Shown here: positions 1-8,317 of the stretch, piece by piece
How the letters are laid out: every line of letters starts with the position of its first letter
Numbering within the stretch: the stretch's first letter is position 1
DNA from: Candidatus Thorarchaeota archaeon
GTDB lineage: Archaea > Asgardarchaeota > Thorarchaeia > Thorarchaeales > Thorarchaeaceae
Direction of reading: 5' to 3'
Length of the DNA stretch: 23,458 nucleotides
Assembly (NCBI GenBank): GCA_011364905.1
Contig: RDNZ01000043.1
Span: 1-23,458 of the forward strand
Notes under the pieces: model-generated
Told to the model about the DNA's origin: nothing
The model's database searches: none
Seen by the model: the letters and a program-made list of their open reading frames with translations, nothing else
Made by a program: the position numbers and the translations under genes

Positions 1-2
1 TA

Positions 3-257
3 GCAATAATCCTCATAGGATGGGCACTCAAGGAAAATAGAGCAGGGGATAGAAAGGCATATAGTCCAAATGTCAAGGCGATTTTTGGTTTTATAGCAGC
101 TATAGATTTTGTAGTTTTATCCTATATGTTGGATTTTGGATTTCAGAAGGGAATTCTAATTTCAATGCCATTTGTAACACCTTGGTGGGCATATATTCCT
201 TGGATTCCATGGGCCATGTTATCTGTAGTCATTGGGAGAGGAAAGAAGGTTGAGTGA
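3..257 (+). CDS. C-terminal fragment of a membrane protein (5'-truncated by window)
   Basis: Open frame from position 3: AIILIGWALKENRAGDRKAYSPNVKAIFGFIAAIDFVVLSYMLDFGFQKGILISMPFVTPWWAYIPWIPWAMLSVVIGRGKKVE, ending TGA TGA at 255-260; several hydrophobic segments. Not in the ORF track. Confidence 0.7.
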   Translation, partial: AIILIGWALKENRAGDRKAYSPNVKAIFGFIAAIDFVVLSYMLDFGFQKGILISMPFVTPWWAYIPWIPWAMLSVVIGRGKKVE

Positions 258-421
258 TGAGGCTTCCTGCCCATTTATTGAATTTGAGGGCTTGTTTCTT
301 TAAAGTTCAGTAGAGTTATTCCACTTCTTGTTGAAAGAGCAAGTCTGAGTGCTTAACTTTCGATTGCTTACGTATTTCATTTATCCTGAATTCATTTATT
401 GGGAACATCCGTATAATTTCT

Positions 422-435
422 CGCAAAGCTTATAC
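422..435 (+). promoter_or_regulatory. Putative archaeal BRE/TATA promoter of the coiled-coil gene
   Basis: CGCAAA-GCTTATAC about 45 nt upstream of ATG 480; resembles BRE followed by a TATA box. Confidence 0.35.
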
Positions 436-479
436 AGAGCGACATGTTGTACTCAACTATCTCAGTTGCAGGGGAAAAC

Positions 480-2063
480 ATGATGTCTGGGAAAAAACTC
501 ACCGACAAGGAAAAGACTGCACTCGATGATGCTCTCAAAGGAGCAGCACTCTCTGACTCTGAGCTTGAAAGGCTGGCAGAAGGAGTTGATGAAACTGGAG
601 AAACCGTCATGCCAGTGGAAGATGGCGAAGACTTGATCTCAGCGGCAGCCTTTGCTTTGGATTTTGTCGAGAATCTAGAGACCTCCGCACCCAGAGAGGT
701 TACCGGTGAGGAGGATGCAGTTAGTGGATTTGATGCGCTTCTAAGAAAGTTGGAAACCCTGAGGGCTGATATTTCATCCTTGCAGCGTGGAGTTGTTGGG
801 GTTTTTGCAGCACAACTTTTAACCTTCAGAGGAAATGTTGTGGACCTAAAAACCCGAATTTCTGAAGAGATGGTAGAACGGCTTCGTATGAAATTCTACA
901 AACAATTCATTGAATCGATGTTTGTCGATATTGTTGATTCTGAGTTCTCTGCGTTAGAGAAAGAATTGGTCGACAAGATTGTTGAACAGACCCAGGAACG
1001 ATTCAAGGAGTTTGCTTTGCGAGTCAGAGAATCTGAAGTAGATCTTCGAAGGACAATCGTTGAACAACAGGACATTGTCAGGTCTTTCATGACCAGTCTG
1101 GAAGAGGAAACCGTAGCACAAAGAACTGAGTTAGCAGAGAAGCAAGCTGAGATAACCAAGCTTGAAACGGAGATCCGAAGTCTTCAATCTAAAGTGGATA
1201 CGAGCATGGTAATGGGAGTAGCTAAAGAGGAATATGAGCGGAGAATCGCTTCATTAGAAGAGGAGGTTAAGGATCTCAAGGATGATATTCTCCTCAAGGA
1301 TGCCCTGGTAGAGAAGAGAACACAGAACACTGAGGAGGCTCGCAAAGAGGTTGAAGAATTGAAGCTTCAACTTGGCGAAGCTATGAGCAAGATTGATGTC
1401 TACAAGGAGGAAGCGGCACTAGCCAAGCCGCAGACAGAAAAGACGGAAGCTGAAATTGAATCATTGAAATCTAAGATTGAACTTCTCGAAACCACTTTGG
1501 AGGAGAAGCGAAAGGAAAGCGACACCACGGCTGCTAAAATAAAGGAACTGGAAACCCAGATTGAAGACTTGCAAGGCGATAAAGCTACTATAGAGAAAGA
1601 AGCGGCTGCACGTCTCGCTGAAATAGACGGCATGCAAGGTCGTTTTGCTGAGGTCAAAGACTTGGACGAGAGAATCCATACGCTTGAGAAAGACCTCAAT
1701 GAAGCAAAGGAACAAGCAAAGATTGTTGAGATGCAGAAAGAGGCTTTCGAAAAGGCCACACGTCTGATGGAGAAAGAACGAGATATGGCTCTGCAGCAGA
1801 GAGAACTCTCAGAAGCAAGGACGCAGCGCTACATCAAGGTTCTTGGAATGGAAGGAAACACAAAGGTTCTGCTTCTTGTTGATGAAGTGGGATCAATTAG
1901 CTTCACAGAACTGGGCAAGTCACTTGGCGTTCCAAAGGGACAAGCAATGAAATGGGCAAGAGAACTTCACAAACTGGGAGTCCTCGATATTAGTGGCGAA
2001 ACCGTGAAGTCGACCCTGAAGGCATTAGATATTAAGGAAGGCGAAGTGAAAGTCGACAAATGA
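480..2063 (+). CDS. Long coiled-coil protein with C-terminal winged-helix domain
   Basis: E/K/L-rich heptad pattern over most of the chain. C-terminal NTKVLLLVDEVGSISFTELGKSLGVPKGQAMKWARELHKLGVLDI is a typical wHTH. No Walker A/B. Start placed at ATG 480 (ORF track uses 444; 483 also possible). Confidence 0.8.
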   Translation: MMSGKKLTDKEKTALDDALKGAALSDSELERLAEGVDETGETVMPVEDGEDLISAAAFALDFVENLETSAPREVTGEEDAVSGFDALLRKLETLRADISSLQRGVVGVFAAQLLTFRGNVVDLKTRISEEMVERLRMKFYKQFIESMFVDIVDSEFSALEKELVDKIVEQTQERFKEFALRVRESEVDLRRTIVEQQDIVRSFMTSLEEETVAQRTELAEKQAEITKLETEIRSLQSKVDTSMVMGVAKEEYERRIASLEEEVKDLKDDILLKDALVEKRTQNTEEARKEVEELKLQLGEAMSKIDVYKEEAALAKPQTEKTEAEIESLKSKIELLETTLEEKRKESDTTAAKIKELETQIEDLQGDKATIEKEAAARLAEIDGMQGRFAEVKDLDERIHTLEKDLNEAKEQAKIVEMQKEAFEKATRLMEKERDMALQQRELSEARTQRYIKVLGMEGNTKVLLLVDEVGSISFTELGKSLGVPKGQAMKWARELHKLGVLDISGETVKSTLKALDIKEGEVKVDK

Positions 2064-2065
2064 AG

Positions 2066-2413
2066 CTAAAACTTGATAGAGCGGTCGCCTTCTCCAAATG
2101 ATTTTACGATCTGTGACCAATAGTCAGCAAGCTTTGTCATTGCTTTTGAGAAGTCCTCAGCAAGGCGAAATTCACCCATTCTTTTCTCAACAAGACCCAC
2201 ATCACGCAGCTTACGCATGACCTTTACGTATAAGCCCCTGCTCGAGATTTTGAAAATCTCCCAATCAGAATCTTTCACAACTCCGTCCTTTTTCATGATT
2301 GTATTGAGAATTTTAGATGCCTGTTCGACTTGCGCCTCAGTGAAGAAGATATAATGCAAAAGATGTCTAGGACTGATTAGGGAAGGTCTACGTACAAGGT
2401 CTATCTTTGCCAT
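2066..2413 (-). CDS. Small winged-helix protein (uncharacterised)
   Basis: SRGLYVKVMRKLRDVGLVEKRMGEFRLAEDFSKAM = recognition helix, wing and C-terminal helix; converges 2 nt from the upstream gene's stop. Confidence 0.75.
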   Translation of the reverse strand: MAKIDLVRRPSLISPRHLLHYIFFTEAQVEQASKILNTIMKKDGVVKDSDWEIFKISSRGLYVKVMRKLRDVGLVEKRMGEFRLAEDFSKAMTKLADYWSQIVKSFGEGDRSIKF

Positions 2414-2462
2414 CTTCTTGCACCTTGTGCAAATTGCCCATCTATCAATAAGACACTAGGTA

Positions 2463-3458
2463 TTACACCTGCTTTCTTAATGACTTGGACATAAGCATCG
2501 GCACCGCGATAACAATGAACACAGCAATCGAGATGATGGTCTGCATTGCAAGAGAGACCACTGCCTGAAACGCTGGACCCTGCAAATAGAATATTATTCC
2601 ACTTAGAATACAACCTAGAAATGGAACTATCTGAAAAGGAAACCTCAGTTTTGCCATTGCAACCACAAGAATGAAGAATCCATAGCCTACTGCAGCAAAA
2701 GCAAGAGCAAGCGAGAACAGGACAGCCAGTGCTTCATATAGCCCATACAGGACCCATCCTGCTAGTGGGAAAACAAATCCAACTACCAGCCATATTAGAT
2801 TGAATACAACAATAAACTTCAATCCAGTAGATGCATTTTGAATGTCAACATCAGAAGGGGCATTTGAAAACATGATGGTCATTGCTAAGAACGCAATGAT
2901 CCAGAAGACCGGATTAATGACTGTAAGGCCAGCAAAAGTGTACAGGAATGTGTAGACGAATCCGCTGATGGCGTTCAAGGGATACATCCAGTTTGCCAAT
3001 GACTCGCTAGTTGCTTTCACGTTAATGAGGTTGTTGAGTAGGTCTAATGCATTGGTACCAAGCTCCGGTCTATTAGGGACAAGGTAAGTGGCTCCAAAGG
3101 CAAATGCGATAAGAAGTACTAACGAGACTGCAATCGGAGCAAGATTGATGATGGCATTCTTGAGTCTGCTCTGTGGTTTGATATACTTGACATAACCTAG
3201 GACAATCTGGTCATCTTTTCGCTCGATATTAATTGGCTTGAACTCAACAATCTTTGTTCTTGTGAAGACGCATCCAAGTGCGTGCGATGACTCGTGGAGA
3301 GCAACTCCCGGACCAACGAGCATAAACCATGATCTTGTTCCAGGATCTTGTGTTGTTCGAAGCATGATATGAGACAGTCTCTCAAGCAACCAGCCTAATC
3401 CCCAGACCACGAAGAATAAGACAAAGCCAAGTAGAACTATTGTAAAGTATGCGTTCAT
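2463..3458 (-). CDS. M50-family (M50B-like) intramembrane zinc metalloprotease
   Basis: GPGVALHESSH (HExxH) after a hydrophobic segment, INLAP motif, NAPSDVD third-ligand motif, many TM helices. GAGGAG SD 6 nt before ATG 3458 (ORF track start 3485). Confidence 0.8.
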   Translation of the reverse strand: MNAYFTIVLLGFVLFFVVWGLGWLLERLSHIMLRTTQDPGTRSWFMLVGPGVALHESSHALGCVFTRTKIVEFKPINIERKDDQIVLGYVKYIKPQSRLKNAIINLAPIAVSLVLLIAFAFGATYLVPNRPELGTNALDLLNNLINVKATSESLANWMYPLNAISGFVYTFLYTFAGLTVINPVFWIIAFLAMTIMFSNAPSDVDIQNASTGLKFIVVFNLIWLVVGFVFPLAGWVLYGLYEALAVLFSLALAFAAVGYGFFILVVAMAKLRFPFQIVPFLGCILSGIIFYLQGPAFQAVVSLAMQTIISIAVFIVIAVPMLMSKSLRKQV

Positions 3459-3559
3459 CTCGTGCTCCTCATTGGTGTTTTGCACTTAAGTCCATGTTCT
3501 CTCTACTCTCATTGCCCCATATCAAGCACTTATGTCTTTCATTTGAAAGATATCGAGAA

Positions 3560-3970
3560 TCAATCCTTTGATTTTGCAGCAAGTTTCTTTTCGTCTTTGT
3601 TCAGTTCACGAAATCGTTTCTCCTTGGCTATTTCTGCATTACGAATTCTCCTTCGGAGTGTTTCAACTTTCTTTCTTAGGGTTGAACGTGTCTTGTTCTT
3701 CTGGTTCTTGGCGTTTCTGTAATTCTTGTCTGCATCTTTCCAAATTCGCTCTGCGTCTCTGAGTTGAGTTCGCATTGATTCATAGTTATCCATTCTGGAC
3801 TTTGCCACTTTTCGATAGCTCTCTATTTCTGCATCTAGACGCTCGTCCAAGGTAGCTAGTTCTGCCTCCGCGTTTTGAAGATCTGTCTTGAAATTGCCAA
3901 TATCCGCGTCTATTTTCTGAACCTTGGAGTCCTCTGAGTACTTTGAATCGACCATCGCAATCACTAGCAT
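3560..3970 (-). CDS. Small coiled-coil protein, acidic N-half and basic C-half
   Basis: Continuous heptad repeat; fills the gap between two minus-strand genes; start could be 3955. Confidence 0.7.
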   Translation of the reverse strand: MLVIAMVDSKYSEDSKVQKIDADIGNFKTDLQNAEAELATLDERLDAEIESYRKVAKSRMDNYESMRTQLRDAERIWKDADKNYRNAKNQKNKTRSTLRKKVETLRRRIRNAEIAKEKRFRELNKDEKKLAAKSKD

Positions 3971-4007
3971 AGATGTAGTGAAACCATATCACTCTTGCCA
4001 ATGGTTG

Positions 4008-4649
4008 TCAGAGATATTCGCTTTCGAATTGATGCATTATTGTTCTCTCAGCACGTCGCAGTCGCTCCTGCATGGCTACACGTTTTATACTCAGTTTTTT
4101 CGCAAGGAACTCAACATCACTTTGACGGGGCATTTCATAATAGCCATGTGAAATTGCTAGCTTGACAGCCTCAAACTGCTTGGCGGTTAGGTTTGGTCCA
4201 AAAGATCCTCCGGGAGATTGTCGAACACTAAGGACTCGCACTTTTGAAAAGTTTCTGCGAAGATTATCGAAAGCGACTTTGAAGGCTGATTGGGATGGTG
4301 ATAGTATGTGGTGTATTTGTTTTCCTCCTTCAATAACTATTGGAAACCTTGACATACAACCACTTTCAAGAATTGTTTCGTGAATTGATTTTCCCTTCAT
4401 TTTATGTGTGACTTTAGTCCACAGTTGTTCCTGATTTCTGTGAGTCACTACAACATCAACTATACTCGGCGATTGCTCCAGACCACTTACATAATCCTGT
4501 AGGGATCTTTCCTTTCCGTTTAGGCTCTGAATTATACCAAATCCTAACGGTCCATTGATTGATACAAGCACTACCCTGACCGGAATCTTGCGGGTCAGGT
4601 CGCAGGAGTAGTATCCTTCAGCAGTGATTTCGAGCTTTGCCTCTATCAT
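4008..4649 (-). CDS. HTH_10 (bacterio-opsin activator-type) transcriptional regulator
   Basis: C-terminal LTAKQFEAVKLAISHGYYEMPRQSDVEFLAKKLSIKRVAMQERLRRAERTIM is the HTH_10 signature. ATG 4649 (GTG 4661 possible). Divergent from the DMT transporter. Confidence 0.9.
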   Translation of the reverse strand: MIEAKLEITAEGYYSCDLTRKIPVRVVLVSINGPLGFGIIQSLNGKERSLQDYVSGLEQSPSIVDVVVTHRNQEQLWTKVTHKMKGKSIHETILESGCMSRFPIVIEGGKQIHHILSPSQSAFKVAFDNLRRNFSKVRVLSVRQSPGGSFGPNLTAKQFEAVKLAISHGYYEMPRQSDVEFLAKKLSIKRVAMQERLRRAERTIMHQFESEYL

Positions 4650-4730
4650 TCTTATAAGCACCCGTCTTACGACGGCATAACAATTATTCCTACTTCAATG
4701 TGTCGGAGTGATGGGAGAATCCCAAATTTG

Positions 4731-5705
4731 ATGGAGATAGAAATTGAAGCATCGAGGTCTGAAAAAAAGACCAGAATCATTGCAGTCTTGGAAGCTCTGT
4801 TTGTGACTGTGCTATGGTCTTCATCCTTTGTGATCATCAAAATTGGCCTTCAGGACATTCCGCCATTAATGTTTGCGGGATTTAGATATTCTATTGCTTC
4901 TGTTATCTTACTAGCACTGATTTTTGCGCAACCAAAAATGCAACTTTCCTTAAGAGGTAGGTCAAGAAAGTGGTGGAGCATGTTGACGCTCTATGGTTGC
5001 ATTTACATCACCGCAACACAAGGCACACAGTTTCTAGGGCTGTACTATTTGCCAGCCATCACACTCTCTCTTCTCCTCAATCTTACACCGATGATTGTAC
5101 TATTATCAGCTATACCAATGTTAGGCGAGAGACCTTCCAGAAACGAAACTGTCTTAGTTGCTGTTGGAATATTCGGCGTGCTTCTTTACTTCTCTTCGGA
5201 AATTCAGATTGGTTTTCTTGGAGTTTCCATATTAGGCCTGCTTATCGGTCTTGCTAGTCTTCTGGCAAATTCAGCCTCAGCGCTAATTGGCCGAGCGATT
5301 AATCGAACTTTGGACACACCACCACTTGTAGTGACTGGAATCATGATGTCAATTGGATCGATCTTCCTGATGCTCCTCAGCTTAACTATCGAAACAATTA
5401 CCCCCCTGTCCCTTACGTCATGGATTTACATTCTATGGCTTGCAGTAGTGAACACTGCTCTTGCTTTCACGCTGTGGAACAGAGCTATGCGCGTACTCCG
5501 TGCTGTTGACATGGCACTCATCAACAGTACCATGATGCCGCAAATCGTTATCCTCTCAATAGTTTTTCTGGGCGAGTTTCCTGAACTTCTCGATTGGCTT
5601 GGTTTGATTCTTCTCGCAATTAGCGTGGCTGCTGTCCAGTATATTCAGACTAGAAGACTGAATAATTCAAATAAAGCAAATAAGAGAAAGGCTAATCTGT
5701 CATAG
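4731..5705 (+). CDS. DMT/EamA family transporter
   Basis: About 10 TM in two repeats; LWSSSFVIIKIGLQDIPPLMFAGFRY, LGERP and FLGE motifs. Start 4731 preferred over 4698. Confidence 0.92.
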   Translation: MEIEIEASRSEKKTRIIAVLEALFVTVLWSSSFVIIKIGLQDIPPLMFAGFRYSIASVILLALIFAQPKMQLSLRGRSRKWWSMLTLYGCIYITATQGTQFLGLYYLPAITLSLLLNLTPMIVLLSAIPMLGERPSRNETVLVAVGIFGVLLYFSSEIQIGFLGVSILGLLIGLASLLANSASALIGRAINRTLDTPPLVVTGIMMSIGSIFLMLLSLTIETITPLSLTSWIYILWLAVVNTALAFTLWNRAMRVLRAVDMALINSTMMPQIVILSIVFLGEFPELLDWLGLILLAISVAAVQYIQTRRLNNSNKANKRKANLS

Positions 5706-5741
5706 TTACATACCATGGTATGTTCGGGAGGAACGATCTTG

Positions 5742-6269
5742 ATGAGCTATGAAGAACTCCGTAAGACCGACCTTTTCTCTTTCTTCAGTTTCACTGAGAG
5801 TTGGAGGAAGCCAATGGCAGATGGGATGCAAGAGATTCATCTCAAGCCAGGTGGCTTTCCAGAGTTCATTGATGTGAAGATGAAGATAGACAGGTCACAA
5901 AGGGTGCATCAAGGAGTGCTTTATCTTGACAGAGAATGGATTGGCGGGCCAATGACAATAAGCCCTTTTGGAAGAGACTTGGCCAAAAGTTTCATTGATG
6001 CCATTACACCTTCCTCAGACAGAAAGAAGGCCGACAGTATTGTGAGCACAATCTGGAATATTCAAGGTCTAAACGATAAGTCGATTGCTGTACGACCTCA
6101 AGACTCCAAAGACTTGGTTCCTGAGGCACCAATTGAGGAGCTTGAGCAGGTCTATCTAGGCTTTTTGAATTGTTTTGAGATGAAGCTCGAAAAGTCACTC
6201 ATTAAAGTTGAGAATGTCACAGATGTGGGGCGCAAACGTCTGAAGATCTCGATTGAATCTATTTCCTAG
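5742..6269 (+). CDS. Hypothetical soluble protein
   Basis: Long ORF with normal composition; stop overlaps the convergent lplB stop. Start 5742 or 5715. No family recognised. Confidence 0.7.
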   Translation: MSYEELRKTDLFSFFSFTESWRKPMADGMQEIHLKPGGFPEFIDVKMKIDRSQRVHQGVLYLDREWIGGPMTISPFGRDLAKSFIDAITPSSDRKKADSIVSTIWNIQGLNDKSIAVRPQDSKDLVPEAPIEELEQVYLGFLNCFEMKLEKSLIKVENVTDVGRKRLKISIESIS

Positions 6270-6550
6270 TCACTGCTAGACAAAGCCAGCATGATTGTCT
6301 TCGCAATATCTTTCGCTGTCGCACCTATGATTATGGCATCTGATTCCGTTAAGCTTTTTGAAATAACTCTCTCAATTGATGCTTCATCCGCTGGAGTTCC
6401 TCTGAGAGCATCTTCAATTTTCTGCAGAGTTTCTTCAGGATGCATAAAGAAATCACCCAAGATAACGATCTCCGCGACCTTGCCTGCTTCCACTCGGACT
6501 TTGGCTTTAACGAGTTTGCCCCCAGGAACTTTGTAACTGGCTTCGTGCAC
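6266..6550 (-). CDS. lplB: Lipoate-protein ligase accessory (C-terminal) domain protein
   Basis: KVPGGKLV...I.GDFFMHPEE.L..IE.AL.G signature; GTG start with AGGTGA SD 6 nt upstream; adjacent to lplA. Confidence 0.88.
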   Translation of the reverse strand: MHEASYKVPGGKLVKAKVRVEAGKVAEIVILGDFFMHPEETLQKIEDALRGTPADEASIERVISKSLTESDAIIIGATAKDIAKTIMLALSSSD

Positions 6551-6556
6551 GTACGG

Positions 6557-7324
6557 TCACCTCGAAAAATTCCAATCATGTGAAGAGTACTTCTCTTGAG
6601 CTAGGCGTTTTGCTGTTTCTTGTTCCTCTGTGGTCAATCTTGATGGTTTCAGCTCGATCTTGAGGGCCTCTGAAAAACCCTGCTTGAGTGCCTCTCGAAG
6701 TTCTTCAACCTGTACTTCTTTCCCGAGAATCTCACGAATTGATGTGACCCTCTCTTTCACATCAGCAATCATCTTGTCAGATATTTTCTCCTGAGGCACT
6801 TTCAATATTGAAAACATGAGACTAACATCCAAATCCAATAGAGTAGTTCCATGCTGTAGCACACAACCATGACGTCTCGTCATAGCGTTCCCAGAGATTT
6901 TTTTTCCGTTCGCATTGACATCATTGATTGGCTTGAACTCCCCTTCAATGCCGAGGTATTCCAAAGCCTTTACTATTCCACCACACAAGATTTTGTAAGA
7001 CTCAATGATATCCGGTGGAGCTAGCCTGTGGCCTTTTGGAATAATGATACTGTATGTGACCTCACCATTATAGTCATGATAGACAGCTCCGCCCCCTGTG
7101 ATTCGTCGAATGAAATCGATTCCTCTCGACTTGCAGAATTCCACATCGACTTCGTCAGTCAGTCCTTGAAATGTGCCTATTGAAACAGCAGATGGATTCC
7201 AACGATAGAGTCTCAGAGTAGGTGGTACATGATTATCCTTCATTGCCAGCATGATGGCCTCATCAATAGCCATATTCTCGAATGCTGTGTGGGTCTCTAG
7301 GTCAATGAATCGGAACTCTTCCAT
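6557..7324 (-). CDS. lplA: Lipoate-protein ligase catalytic subunit (BPL/LplA/LipB family)
   Basis: NMAIDEA, TLRLYRW, RRITGGGAVYHD, NDV..NGKKISGNA and LQHGT motifs. Confidence 0.93.
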   Translation of the reverse strand: MEEFRFIDLETHTAFENMAIDEAIMLAMKDNHVPPTLRLYRWNPSAVSIGTFQGLTDEVDVEFCKSRGIDFIRRITGGGAVYHDYNGEVTYSIIIPKGHRLAPPDIIESYKILCGGIVKALEYLGIEGEFKPINDVNANGKKISGNAMTRRHGCVLQHGTTLLDLDVSLMFSILKVPQEKISDKMIADVKERVTSIREILGKEVQVEELREALKQGFSEALKIELKPSRLTTEEQETAKRLAQEKYSSHDWNFSR

Positions 7325-8314
7325 TCAAACCACCAAGTTTGTTTCACTAATTGCCTGTAACACTTCATCCTCAGTTAGTTGTCTAGGATAGTTGTACATT
7401 GGTCCTCGAGGTCTCTCGTTATAGAAAGGTCGATTGCAGCCTTTACAGCCAGTCACCTGAAATGCCGCCCCAGATGATAAGGCTTCTCGAATCTTCTCTT
7501 CCCCAATATCCAACAGAATGCTGCCATCCTCTGTTTCATGAATCTGAGTGGATGCAAGGAGCCCTTTCGAAACCAGATGCCTAACGACCTGGATTCTGCG
7601 ATAAGCCGAGAGATTGGGGGGTGAGTGGTCCTCAAGAGCTGTCCCTTTGATGTTCGTGAAAGCAAACAATCCCACACTGATTCCCAACTCATACATATCA
7701 CAGATGAAATCAGCTGCCTCCTTCTCAGTTTCGCCAAGACCAACAATAAGATGAGTGGTAACATTTCCTACTCCAAAGATCTTCAAAGCATTTAGTAATC
7801 CGGCACGATGCGATTCCCACCGATACGCCTCACTACGATTCTTCCCCTTGATGGCTTCAAAGAGCTCTGGAGTACTTGCATCCAAGGCTATACCAATGTT
7901 TGAAACTCCAACCTGTTTCAGCTTGAGCATTTCCTCTGTTGATATGGGATGAATTGCTATAGATATTGGCAGTTCCGAGGCGGTCCGAAGTTCTTGAACA
8001 ATCTCAACAACATCACGTACAACATCTGGGTAACATATTGTCTGGATGCATATTCGTCTGAATGTGTTAGTAGTTAACCAGTGGTCAATAACATCTCTCA
8101 GTCTATACTCAGGCCATGAGATCCGTGAGAGCCGGTCAGAAGCAGAAGTGCTCTCTTGAGCTTGAGGGCAAAACGCACAATTAGCCTCGCATCCTCCTTC
8201 TCGATAGGTCATTAAGAATGCAGTGCTGAAGTTCGGGTCCTTCTTTCCAGATTCTAATCCCATCTGGATTGCGGTTCCCAAGGATATCCGAACTACTTCA
8301 ACCAACTCTATCAA
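7325..8314 (-). CDS. lipS2: Radical SAM protein, LipS2-type archaeal lipoyl synthase subunit
   Basis: CEANCAFC (CxxxCxxC), LSRISWP and HLIVGLGETE motifs. C-terminal VTGCKGCNRP resembles the LipS2 TxGCPxCNRP motif. Abuts lplA. TTG start. Confidence 0.8.
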   Translation of the reverse strand: MIELVEVVRISLGTAIQMGLESGKKDPNFSTAFLMTYREGGCEANCAFCPQAQESTSASDRLSRISWPEYRLRDVIDHWLTTNTFRRICIQTICYPDVVRDVVEIVQELRTASELPISIAIHPISTEEMLKLKQVGVSNIGIALDASTPELFEAIKGKNRSEAYRWESHRAGLLNALKIFGVGNVTTHLIVGLGETEKEAADFICDMYELGISVGLFAFTNIKGTALEDHSPPNLSAYRRIQVVRHLVSKGLLASTQIHETEDGSILLDIGEEKIREALSSGAAFQVTGCKGCNRPFYNERPRGPMYNYPRQLTEDEVLQAISETNLVV

Positions 8315-8317
8315 TTC

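Noticed and set aside
480-2063. SMC/Rad50 or ESCRT-III assignment
   Set aside because: No Walker A/B, signature motif or hinge; far too long for a Snf7-fold protein.
7325-8314. Biotin synthase BioB or classical LipA
   Set aside because: Lacks the LipA CX4CX5C motif; carries the LipS2-like GCxxCNRP motif and sits next to lplAB.
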